64,000 bases of DNA. Origin: Phycisphaerales bacterium (lineage in GTDB: Bacteria; Planctomycetota; Phycisphaerae; Phycisphaerales; UBA1924). Positions 20,284-29,225 of the stretch are shown in pieces. Position 1 is the stretch's first letter; each line of letters begins with the position of its first letter. A model generated the notes under the pieces. It did no database searches. It was not told where the DNA came from and saw only the letters and a list, made by a program, of their open reading frames with translations. Location of the stretch: contig WFPK01000052.1 in NCBI GenBank assembly GCA_015487555.1, forward strand, positions 44,144 to 108,143. The letters run 5' to 3'. The translations under genes and the position numbers were made by a program.

Positions 20284-21789
20284 TTAGTGATCGTGTCCTG
20301 CCGAGCCCTTACCGAGCTCCGCCTTCATCAAAAAGCTATTGGTCACAACGATCGGGGTGCCGATCGCAACATCATCGCCGAGCAACTCGACGCTCACATC
20401 ATTCTTCCGTCCAAGCGTCACCTTCACCGGCTCGATGCCGTCGGCGTCTTGAATGAAGACCACCGTGTTACCCTCAAAGGTCTGGATGGCATCAACGGGA
20501 ACAATCCGCTTAGCGTGCGACTTATCCGTCTCGACACGCACGGTCACAAACACGCCGGGCTTCCATGAACCATCCGCGTTGTCGAGCACCACACGGGCAG
20601 CGACTGTCCGCGATGACTCGGAAACAATGGCACTGATGTAATCCACAACACCCGATGCGGTGCGGTCTCCGACATGCACCGTCACATGCTGCCCTTCCTC
20701 GATTATCCCGGCATACTGCGAGTAGATCGAGATATTGAGCCACACCGTGCTCAGGTCTGCGATGGTATAGACCGATGCGTCGGCCCCGACCTTCTCGCCC
20801 GGCGTGATGTGCTTGGCGACAATCCGACCACGAATCGGAGCGGTCAGTTCATACCGTGCAACATCGGTATCAGGCTCGGTCGCCACCCGCTCGACCTGCT
20901 CTTGGGTGAGCCCGAGCAGGTGCAATCGGCGCTCGGCGTTGTCCACACCAGACGAGGCGATCATCGCTGCCTGCTGCGCGGATTGAAGCTTGAGCCGGAA
21001 CGAGAAATCGACATCCTCAAACGCCGCCATGTATTCTGCCTGGGCGCTGTTGAACAGCTCCTGGGCCGCGAGCAAATCGGCCTGCGTCGAGAGCCCCTTG
21101 GCATCGAGCTCCTGCTCGCGGGCGTAGTTGGCCGCCCCGGCCTTCATCTGGGCATACGCCGAGAGCAGCCGACCTTTGTTTACACCGATCCGAAGATGAT
21201 CCGCCTTTTTCCTCAGCTCATCGGGCGATGGGTCCTCGCGGAGCACATCAAGAAGCTTGGCGGTATTCTCGCTGATCGTCGTCTGACGCGCAAGCTCGGC
21301 ATCGGCGATGATCTTGGCCTGGATCGCTTGAAGATAATTTATCTTCGCCTCACCAAGCTCGGGACTCTCAAGCACCGCCAACAAATCCCCTGCTTCGACA
21401 TTGTGCCCAAGGTACCCCTCGACACTGGCGACGATCCCCGGCACGCGAGGAGTCACATGGAGGACCGCATCCTGGTTCAAGCCCACTTCCGCCGGGAGCA
21501 TGATATGAGTCGCGATCTCCCCACCACCGAGCGGCTCGATGACCACGCCAGCGCGCCTGAGCTGGGCGTCGGTAAGCTTGACGACTTCCTCGCCATGCTC
21601 ATCGCCACCCTCGTCGCCATGACCACCATGGTCGTCATGGTCGTCATGTCCGCCGCCGGTTTCTTCGTGCCCATGCCCATCATCTTCTTGATGCTGAGCA
21701 TTTCCTGCGTCCACACCGCCGCCACAACCATTCATCACAACCAGCGATGGGGCAAGAACTGCGAGCAAAAGTAATCTTTGAATATCCAT
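20284..21789 (-). CDS. czcB: Efflux RND periplasmic adaptor (CzcB/CusB-like) with a His/Asp-rich N-terminal tract
   Basis: 501 aa with the membrane-fusion protein fold. Tract HQEDDGHGHEETGGGHDDHDDHGGHGDEGGDEHGEE. There is a 1-nt overlap with czcC. Confidence 0.85.
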   Translation of the reverse strand: MDIQRLLLLAVLAPSLVVMNGCGGGVDAGNAQHQEDDGHGHEETGGGHDDHDDHGGHGDEGGDEHGEEVVKLTDAQLRRAGVVIEPLGGGEIATHIMLPAEVGLNQDAVLHVTPRVPGIVASVEGYLGHNVEAGDLLAVLESPELGEAKINYLQAIQAKIIADAELARQTTISENTAKLLDVLREDPSPDELRKKADHLRIGVNKGRLLSAYAQMKAGAANYAREQELDAKGLSTQADLLAAQELFNSAQAEYMAAFEDVDFSFRLKLQSAQQAAMIASSGVDNAERRLHLLGLTQEQVERVATEPDTDVARYELTAPIRGRIVAKHITPGEKVGADASVYTIADLSTVWLNISIYSQYAGIIEEGQHVTVHVGDRTASGVVDYISAIVSESSRTVAARVVLDNADGSWKPGVFVTVRVETDKSHAKRIVPVDAIQTFEGNTVVFIQDADGIEPVKVTLGRKNDVSVELLGDDVAIGTPIVVTNSFLMKAELGKGSAGHDH

Positions 21790-23189
21790 TATTGGTTCAC
21801 CTCCGCCTGGGGCTGATCCTCATTGCGAGGACTCCGCCAAGGAGCATTTGTTTGTGAAAGTTCGTTGAGCAACGCCGCTGCAGTGTGCAACTGTTGCAAT
21901 GTGTTGACATACGCGATGCGAGACTCGACCACGACCTGCTGGGCATCGAGCAAACGCAGATAATCCGCCTTGCCACTCTGATACGCCTGGCGAGTCAGAT
22001 CAAGTGTCCGCTCCGCCTTGGGCAAAAGCTGCTCCCGATACCGACCCGCTGCCGAATACGCCGATTGATAAATCGCCCACGCCTCGGATACCTCGGCGAG
22101 CAACTCGAGCTGCACGCTGCGAAGCTGCGACGAAGCCGACAACCGCTCGGCCAACGCTGCCTGAATCTCGCCTTGATTACGATCAAAGAGCGGAATCTCG
22201 AGCGCGAGCCCAATGTCAAGCGTCGATTCATTGTCAATATCCGAATACCGAGGACCAACCGAGGCAACAAGGTTCGGCACCGCCTGCGATTTGGCAAGTT
22301 GATGCGAACGCCTTGCCCGCTCGACCGCAATACGCGCCAACGACATTCGGCTGTTCGCTTCGAGCGTTGCTGCCTGCAACGCTTCAAGATCAGGCAGATC
22401 GGGTAAATCATCCACCGCCGAAACCAGCGGAAGCTCGATCTCACCCTCGATCCCGATCGCCGAGGCAAGCGCCCGCCTTGCCGCATCAAACTCAAGCCGA
22501 GCGGCATCAAGCTCGATCTGCGCCTGCTCATAGACCACCTCGGCGCGAAGCCGATCAGGCTGTGTCGCCGAACCCGCTTCTACCCGCGAGCTGGCAGCTT
22601 CGAGAAGCTGCGATGCCAACGCAGCGAGTTCTTCGCGTTTGATCAGCCGCTCTTGGGCCGATACCCCGGCGAAATACGCCTGGGTTACACTCGATGCGAC
22701 ACCATATTCCTCAGCGACAAACTCTGCCCGCGCTGCGAGCCGATCAGACTCGGCCACATTGCGTGCCTTTTCGAGCTTGCCCCCGAGCACAATCTCCTGC
22801 TCAACGACATATGTCGTCTCGCCGCCGCTGCCGGCATCCGAGCCAAGCGCCTCGCCGCCAAAGCTCAATGATGGATTGGGATACAACCCCGCCTGGAGCA
22901 CACGCCCCGAAGCCGCGTCGATCCGATACCCCGCCGAACGCAATCGCGGGCTATGCTCGATCGCCATCCGAATCGCATCCTCAACACTCAATACATCGAG
23001 CGTATCGAGCCCGAATCTCGGGAGCGAATGAGGCTCGTTCGGCAAATCGGCAAGGTGCCGCTCGTGCTCAATATATCGACCCTGGATCGAGCGATACACG
23101 GGATCATCCCATCGCTTCTCCAACGGGCCAGCACACCCGGAAACCAGCGCGACACTGATACCCGATAAAAACCATATTTTCGTATTCAT
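21789..23189 (-). CDS. czcC: TolC-family outer membrane factor (CzcC-like lipoprotein)
   Basis: The start is trimmed to MNTKIWFLSGISVALVSGC (lipobox). It shows the duplicated alpha-barrel pattern of outer membrane efflux proteins. Confidence 0.85.
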   Translation of the reverse strand: MNTKIWFLSGISVALVSGCAGPLEKRWDDPVYRSIQGRYIEHERHLADLPNEPHSLPRFGLDTLDVLSVEDAIRMAIEHSPRLRSAGYRIDAASGRVLQAGLYPNPSLSFGGEALGSDAGSGGETTYVVEQEIVLGGKLEKARNVAESDRLAARAEFVAEEYGVASSVTQAYFAGVSAQERLIKREELAALASQLLEAASSRVEAGSATQPDRLRAEVVYEQAQIELDAARLEFDAARRALASAIGIEGEIELPLVSAVDDLPDLPDLEALQAATLEANSRMSLARIAVERARRSHQLAKSQAVPNLVASVGPRYSDIDNESTLDIGLALEIPLFDRNQGEIQAALAERLSASSQLRSVQLELLAEVSEAWAIYQSAYSAAGRYREQLLPKAERTLDLTRQAYQSGKADYLRLLDAQQVVVESRIAYVNTLQQLHTAAALLNELSQTNAPWRSPRNEDQPQAEVNQ

Positions 23190-23271
23190 CTTTTTTAAAT
23201 CCTTGAGAAGTCCGAAACTACATTGGCCTTCGCACAACGCGAGGGCAACCGTTCGAGATCAACCCAAAGAT

Positions 23272-23721
23272 TTACAAGTTCAAAACAGTCGAACGAATCC
23301 GCACCTGCTGATCGATAAGCAAAAGCCCATCGGTAGATCGCGAGGCAACCACCACCGATTCAACTTCGGCAGCAGGCAGCGTCCATGGCATTGCAGCCAA
23401 GGACCCCACATGAACAACGCCCAACGCATGCCCGTGCTCGATATCGCGAACTCGAACAATCGTATACCCGACACTCAAAAGCTCGTCGACACACGGGGCA
23501 TCCGAACAACTACTCAACTTCGCCTGAGGCGAAGTCGCGTCGGGAAGCTCACAAACACCCGCCCGAACCGCTTCTGTCACATACTCACCGACAAGCTCGA
23601 TGTGCGAAGACCCATTGGCCTTGTGGCAAATCACCATCTGCCCCTGGCTGAGCCCAACGACAAGCAGCTGGGCGACAATCAGTGCCCAAGCGAGTGCAGA
23701 ATGTATTCGTGTCTTGATCAT
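23272..23721 (-). CDS. Hypothetical secreted protein upstream of czcC
   Basis: 149 aa with a signal-like N-terminus (MIKTRIHSALAWALIVAQLLVV) and Cys/His-containing segments (ICHKANGSSHIE, CELPD, CSDAPC). No family was recognised. Confidence 0.4.
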   Translation of the reverse strand: MIKTRIHSALAWALIVAQLLVVGLSQGQMVICHKANGSSHIELVGEYVTEAVRAGVCELPDATSPQAKLSSCSDAPCVDELLSVGYTIVRVRDIEHGHALGVVHVGSLAAMPWTLPAAEVESVVVASRSTDGLLLIDQQVRIRSTVLNL

Positions 23722-23905
23722 TGGTGGTTCATAGTCTAGCCGGGCCTTGCCAAGAATCCAACACTTGCCCCCACCTCTCTATTCACTCATCGGCCCAATC
23801 GGTATGCCAAACACCACATTTGCACGCCCTCTCATGCACTTATCGGCCTGCCATTGCCCGCCTCCCCCCATGAACTTCCGCACTGACTCTCCTACCCTCT
23901 CTTCC

Positions 23906-25066
23906 ATGACCAACGATCCCACCAGTGCCCACGCCATCGTTCTCGCAGGCATTCCCCAAACCAACCTCTCCCTCTTCCACAAAATCCGCTTCTCCGTCGG
24001 CGATCCCACCGTCTACATCCAACTCCCCACCGGCAAGCGAATCCTCATCCTCCGCGACATCGAAATCGCCCGCGCCAAGCAATCCGCCCGGGCTGACGAG
24101 TTCTATTCCAACGCAGACTTCGCCCCAGAATCCGGGCTCTCGGGCGATCGAGAAACCGCCACCGCCCAGGCGCTTGCCGAGTGCCTCAGGCGAAACGGGA
24201 TCACCCAAGTCACTGCCGATCGGACGCTGCCGTTGATTTATGCCCACATGATCGAACACGCCGGCATCAAACTCGCCTGCGATCTTGAGATGGGCATCAT
24301 GGAACGCCGAGCCAAGGACGAAACCGAACTGGCCCATCTCCGCAACGCCCAGAGCATCACCGAAGAAGTCATGCGCTATGCCTGCGAGCTCATCTTCAAC
24401 ACCGCTGCCGACAAAGATGGACAGCTCGTCCACGAGGGCACGCCGCTGACCTCCGAGCACATGATCTCTCTCATCGACATCGCCTTCCTCCAACGCGGCG
24501 CGTCCACGCCTCACGGCTCAATCGTCGCCGGCGGGCCCATCGGCAGCGATTGCCACCATCGAGGCGCCGGCGTCCTCCACACCTCCCAGCCCATCATCAT
24601 CGACCTCTTCCCCCACATCCGTGCCACCGGCTACCACGGCGACTGCACCCGCACCATCTGCCATGGCGAGATCCCCGACCAACTCGCCAAGATGCACGCC
24701 GCCGTCTTCGAAGCCAAAGCGGCAGCCCAAAGCGCAACCAAACCCGGAGCCACCGGCGAAGATGTCCACAAAGCCGCCATCAATGTCATCCAGGATCATG
24801 GCTACTCCTTCGGCGTCGCCAAAGAAACCAACCCAGACACCCACACCACCATGGCCCACGGCACAGGGCACGGGATCGGACTCGATGTCCACGAACCACC
24901 ACTACTCGATTTCAAAGGCCCACCACTCATCGTCGGCGATGTCATCACCATCGAACCCGGTCTCTACTGCAAATCCATCGGCGGCTTACGCATCGAAGAC
25001 ATGGTCGCCGTCACCGAGACCTGCTCCGAAAACTTCAACACCCTCCCAACAACACTGCACTGGTAG
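23906..25066 (+). CDS. M24-family Xaa-Pro peptidase (start uncertain: 23747/23870/23906)
   Basis: Pita-bread metal-ligand pattern: DLFPHIRATGYHGDCTRT, HGTGHGIGLDVHEPP, EPGLY, IEDMV. Confidence 0.8.
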   Translation: MTNDPTSAHAIVLAGIPQTNLSLFHKIRFSVGDPTVYIQLPTGKRILILRDIEIARAKQSARADEFYSNADFAPESGLSGDRETATAQALAECLRRNGITQVTADRTLPLIYAHMIEHAGIKLACDLEMGIMERRAKDETELAHLRNAQSITEEVMRYACELIFNTAADKDGQLVHEGTPLTSEHMISLIDIAFLQRGASTPHGSIVAGGPIGSDCHHRGAGVLHTSQPIIIDLFPHIRATGYHGDCTRTICHGEIPDQLAKMHAAVFEAKAAAQSATKPGATGEDVHKAAINVIQDHGYSFGVAKETNPDTHTTMAHGTGHGIGLDVHEPPLLDFKGPPLIVGDVITIEPGLYCKSIGGLRIEDMVAVTETCSENFNTLPTTLHW

Positions 25067-25073
25067 CATGCCG

Positions 25074-25150
25074 GTGGCCCGGTTCGCCGAACCGGGTTTC
25101 TTTGAATATGCATCCGTTTTCTCAAGACCCGGTTCGGCGAACCGGGCCAC
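25074..25150. repeat. 24-bp perfect inverted repeat pair; each arm is itself palindromic. Lies between convergent genes.
   Basis: GTGGCCCGGTTCGCCGAACCGGGT at 25074..25097 has its exact reverse complement at 25127..25150. The internal palindrome is CCCGGTTCG-C-CGAACCGGG. TTTCTTTG follows the first arm. Confidence 0.6.
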
Positions 25151-25159
25151 CGAGGGGAC

Positions 25160-25897
25160 TTACTTCGCTTTCCCCTGGTTCGCCACCGCTGCCATCGCCG
25201 CTTCAACCGCTGAGGCATCCCCAAGGTACCGCTTCGAGATCGGATTCATCTCCGCATCGAGCTCATAGACCAAAGGCATCCCCGTCGGGATATTCACCCC
25301 GACGATATCTTCATCAGAAATCCCATCGAGATGCTTGACCAGCCCCCGCAACGAGTTGCCATGGGCAGCGACCAGCACCCGCTTGCCCGCTTTGATCTCA
25401 GGAACGATCTCTGATTCCCAATACGGCACCACCCGCTCGACCGTATCCTTGAGGCATTCAGTGCTCGGCACATCAATCCCGGCGTAGCGCGGATCATGGC
25501 AAGGATGCCGCTCGTCATCCCGTGACAACTCCGGCGGCGGCGTGTCGTAGCTCCGACGCCACACCAATACCTGATCCTCACCGTGCTTGGCTGCGGTCTC
25601 CGCCTTGTTCAATCCTTGGAGCGCACCATAATGCCGCTCGTTGAGCTTCCATGATCGAACCACCGGGATCCACATCAGATCCATCTCCTCCATCACATAC
25701 CACAGCGTGCGAATCGCCCGCTTGAGCACCGAGGTGTAGGCGATATCAAAGTGAAACCCCTCATCACGGAGCAACTGACCAGCCGCAGCTGCCTCTTCAT
25801 GCCCCTTGGGCGAAAGCGGCACATCCTTCCACCCAGTAAATCGGTTCTCTTTGTTCCAGGTGCTCTCGCCGTGACGGATCAATACAAGTGTGTACAC
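25160..25897 (-). CDS. gpmA: 2,3-bisphosphoglycerate-dependent phosphoglycerate mutase (GTG start)
   Basis: [27 protein letters not shown] and HGNSLRGL motifs. The long N-terminal extension in the ORF track was trimmed. Confidence 0.9.
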   Translation of the reverse strand: MYTLVLIRHGESTWNKENRFTGWKDVPLSPKGHEEAAAAGQLLRDEGFHFDIAYTSVLKRAIRTLWYVMEEMDLMWIPVVRSWKLNERHYGALQGLNKAETAAKHGEDQVLVWRRSYDTPPPELSRDDERHPCHDPRYAGIDVPSTECLKDTVERVVPYWESEIVPEIKAGKRVLVAAHGNSLRGLVKHLDGISDEDIVGVNIPTGMPLVYELDAEMNPISKRYLGDASAVEAAMAAVANQGKAK

Positions 25898-25946
25898 AAT
25901 GCGCTCCTCGATGGGGGTGAATGACGGGTGTGAATGGAGTTGTATT

Positions 25947-26663
25947 CTAGTCCGCCAGAATCTCCCCAACACCCGAATCAAACATCGGCACCACCGAACT
26001 CGTTCCGATCTGACATGCAAACGCCACATCATCTTCGAATCCAAGTTCAATCAGCCGTTTGGCATGAAAACTCGACTCGACCGCATAGCGCAACCCACCA
26101 AACCGCTCGATGGCTCCCTCCATCGCATGGAACATCATCGCGGCACTATCCGAAGCAACAAACCCAAGCCGATCCACAATCAACCCCGCCCCAAGGCAAT
26201 CCTCGAACGACACCCGCCCATCCGTCCCCGAACACACCAAGACCACATCGCGCCCGTCGGCTCGAATCCAATCACACACCGCATCCACATTCGTGATCGC
26301 CCCAGCAAGCACCTCGTCAGCCTGCGTCGCCAAGTGCAGCGCCCGCGTCCCATTGGTCGTCGTCAGCACACAATCCAACCCACCAACCACATCACCCGTA
26401 TATTCGAGCGGGCTATTGCCCAACGAGAACCCTTCGGGCTTGACCCCGCCTCGCTCGCCACAGAGCAACGCCCCATCCCGATCATGGGCCATCACCCGCG
26501 CCCCATCGACACTCGCCACCGGCACCACACATCGCGCACCATGCCCCAATGCCTCGACAATCGTCGTCGTGGCGCGCAGCACATCAATCACCACCGCGAT
26601 CCTCCCACGAAGCTGGTCATCCACAAGATAGTCCGGCAAGGCAACCGCGTCGATTCTGGGCAT
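25947..26663 (-). CDS. 2-phosphosulfolactate phosphatase (ComB) family protein
   Basis: [26 protein letters not shown] and TTTNGT motifs. The start is trimmed to MPRIDAV. Confidence 0.75.
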   Translation of the reverse strand: MPRIDAVALPDYLVDDQLRGRIAVVIDVLRATTTIVEALGHGARCVVPVASVDGARVMAHDRDGALLCGERGGVKPEGFSLGNSPLEYTGDVVGGLDCVLTTTNGTRALHLATQADEVLAGAITNVDAVCDWIRADGRDVVLVCSGTDGRVSFEDCLGAGLIVDRLGFVASDSAAMMFHAMEGAIERFGGLRYAVESSFHAKRLIELGFEDDVAFACQIGTSSVVPMFDSGVGEILAD

Positions 26664-26671
26664 GACGCATC

Positions 26672-29215
26672 TTATCCGCCAAACCACCCCCAAAGCACAT
26701 CCATCGGCATCGCCTGAGGCTTGATCCGAGCAAACAACGCCCCCTTCGCCCGGTCAATCTCCAAAGGCGTCAACTCAAGAAGCTCAATCGCATCGAGCAC
26801 ACGCATAACCTGCCCAAGCACCTCAAACCCCGCAGGATCATGCTCGATGGCATAGGCAAAGACCGATTCAATCTCACGCCCATTGGTCTGCATCCAAAGC
26901 CACCCGATCGCCTGCTGCACCTGCGCATCACGACTCCGCACCATCGAATCCGCGGATTCCCGCGTCCCGAGCAACCCGACATACGCATCAGTCAGCCGGG
27001 CAACACTCGACCGCGAGAGCCGATCAATCGTGATCCCAAAGCTCGCAGCTCCGGCTTCATCAAAACGCAACACCCCATCGCGTACGCCATCTCGGCTCAC
27101 CCGCGCAGCTGGATCACGCGGGTTCAACCCCAACTCAACAAGCACCTGCCGACCCGCCAGATATGGCTCGTCCGCCCGAAACTCCACGCCCCCCTCGTCG
27201 GCAAACGAACGGGCCAGATCGGCCAACGAATCATCTGGACCAGCAGCCGCCGGCAACGCCAGATCATACGGATACAACAAATCGCCCGTCCCCGAGAGCA
27301 CCCCTCGGAACAAATCCAACGACACGCCGCCGGGGAAGATTCCGATCTCCAGCCCGGCCCCATCGCCAGCTCCGGTGTTATTGAGCAGCACCACATCGCC
27401 CGCGCCAAGCGTCACATCGTTGCTGAATACCAACTCGCCATCGAGCGTAATCGAACCCGATGCGATCAGCTCTGTCCCGCCGTCCACCAGCCCGTCGGCT
27501 TCGCGATCCGCTTCATTGCCCGAATAATCAACCTCGCCGCCCACCCGGTCGAGCAAACGGATAATCCCTCCGCCTCGTCCTTGCGAGATCACCCGCAGAT
27601 CGCCGAGCACATTGAGATCACCGATCTCGACGAGTGTCGATCCATTGCCCTTGGCATTGAGCGAGAGCGATCCAAACGAGAGCATCTTCTGCCCCTGCCC
27701 CATCACGATCGACTCGCGGGCCAAGACCTGGAAGTGATACCCCAGATCAACCGAATCCGCGTTCATCAACTCGAGCCCAGCCATCGCCCCAGTCCCAAAC
27801 AGAAACGCACTCACCCGCGACGGATCATTCAGATCGCCACCAAATCGGATATTCCCAAACGCGCCGCTCGCCGAACTGCCAGAGAGCGCAGACCCAACCC
27901 CGATCCCCGCCCGGAACTGGAACGGCGTCCTGGCCTCCCCATTGCCCACCCACGCATCGCCGTCATACACAAACGCGACATCACTGGCCCCATCCACCGA
28001 CGAATACACATTGTCCGCAAATAGCGCGCTGCCGAACCCCACATCAAAGACCGTCGAATCACCCATCACCGCAACGGGCGCATAGAAGTTCATCTCCTGA
28101 TTCACCGCCACATCGCCAAACACCTCGACACGCCCCGCCGAGACATCAAGCACACCCAGGCGCGAACCGCCCCCGACCGCATCACGCAAGCGCACCACCC
28201 CATCGCCCGCATCAATCACCAGATCGCGTTCTTCACCCGCTGCCGAATCGACCGTGCCATTGAAATCAACAACACCCGATCCACCCGTGAGCGTCATCGC
28301 CACATCATCGGTCAATACCAGATCACCATCGACGAAAATGCCATCGCCGTCGGCGTTCAGATTCGCCCCAAGCTCGATCCACGAATCCCCCTGCGCCATC
28401 AGCGTGATATCACCCGCCGAGATCGAAGAATCAATCGCCCCATGACCCGCGCTGACCGCGATCGTAGTGCTCGTCGCATCAATCGTCCCCGTATTCCACG
28501 CTGCCAGCGAGAACACATCGCCCGCTGCCAAGTCCAACCCTTCATACCCCGGATCACTCAACTGATCCGTATTGGCCAAATCTGTAGGCCTCTCCAGCTG
28601 CACAAATACATGCCCAAGGTGCTCACCAATCAACACCTGTTCACCCGCAGCCATAATCACCGTCCCACCAGGCGCCGAGATCGTCCCATGATTGGCAACC
28701 CGCCCCCCAATCAGCGCAATCAGATCCCCTTGAAGCAAACCCCGATTCTCCACCACCCCACGCGCATCGGTAAACCGGTACACGCCGTTCATGAAGTCAT
28801 TGGTCGAGATATTCCCTGCTGCTGCATAGAGCGCCCCGACATTGACCACCGCGCCTTGCCCGAAGATCACGCCCGATGGATTCACCAGGAAAATCTGCCC
28901 GTTGCCGATCAGCGACCCCATGATCTCGGTGGGCACCCCCGAGTTGATCAGATTCAGCACCCGCGAGGTCTCGCTGGGCATGATGAACTCGACCGTTTCA
29001 CCCGCTGCGATCTGAAACGAGAGCCACTGAATCACCGTGATCTCGCCAGTAATCACCCGCGTCCAATCGCCATAATCAATATCCGCTTCCCCCTCAACCA
29101 CATCGCCGCCCTCAGGTGCTGCCAGAGCAACCCCTGTCATCGTCCCAGCAGCTGCAAGCAGCACCATCATCATCCGCCACGCGTTCTTCTTCTCTTGAGT
29201 TGTCTGCCTGTTCAT
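26672..29215 (-). CDS. Two-partner secretion exoprotein (TpsA) with a haemagglutination-activity (TPS) domain
   Basis: The start is trimmed to MNRQTTQEKK..., with AGGAG 8 nt upstream. Signal peptide, then the TPS domain ...IQWLSFQIAAGETVEF...VLNLINSGVPTEIMGSLIGNGQIFLVNPSGVIFG. This is followed by Gly/Asp-rich beta-helix-like repeats and a roughly 170-aa helical C-terminus of unknown type. Confidence 0.85.
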   Translation of the reverse strand: MNRQTTQEKKNAWRMMMVLLAAAGTMTGVALAAPEGGDVVEGEADIDYGDWTRVITGEITVIQWLSFQIAAGETVEFIMPSETSRVLNLINSGVPTEIMGSLIGNGQIFLVNPSGVIFGQGAVVNVGALYAAAGNISTNDFMNGVYRFTDARGVVENRGLLQGDLIALIGGRVANHGTISAPGGTVIMAAGEQVLIGEHLGHVFVQLERPTDLANTDQLSDPGYEGLDLAAGDVFSLAAWNTGTIDATSTTIAVSAGHGAIDSSISAGDITLMAQGDSWIELGANLNADGDGIFVDGDLVLTDDVAMTLTGGSGVVDFNGTVDSAAGEERDLVIDAGDGVVRLRDAVGGGSRLGVLDVSAGRVEVFGDVAVNQEMNFYAPVAVMGDSTVFDVGFGSALFADNVYSSVDGASDVAFVYDGDAWVGNGEARTPFQFRAGIGVGSALSGSSASGAFGNIRFGGDLNDPSRVSAFLFGTGAMAGLELMNADSVDLGYHFQVLARESIVMGQGQKMLSFGSLSLNAKGNGSTLVEIGDLNVLGDLRVISQGRGGGIIRLLDRVGGEVDYSGNEADREADGLVDGGTELIASGSITLDGELVFSNDVTLGAGDVVLLNNTGAGDGAGLEIGIFPGGVSLDLFRGVLSGTGDLLYPYDLALPAAAGPDDSLADLARSFADEGGVEFRADEPYLAGRQVLVELGLNPRDPAARVSRDGVRDGVLRFDEAGAASFGITIDRLSRSSVARLTDAYVGLLGTRESADSMVRSRDAQVQQAIGWLWMQTNGREIESVFAYAIEHDPAGFEVLGQVMRVLDAIELLELTPLEIDRAKGALFARIKPQAMPMDVLWGWFGG

Positions 29216-29225
29216 CGCCGATCTC

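Noticed and set aside
19253-21774. 344-aa and 366-aa plus-strand ORFs antisense to czcA and czcB
   Set aside because: Same antisense artefact. The minus-strand RND and adaptor assignments are strong.
24550-25338. 262-aa and 215-aa Pro/Arg/Ser/Thr-rich ORFs overlapping the end of the M24 peptidase and the gpmA region
   Set aside because: They are out-of-frame low-complexity translations. They cross the convergent intergenic inverted repeat, which a real gene would be unlikely to do.
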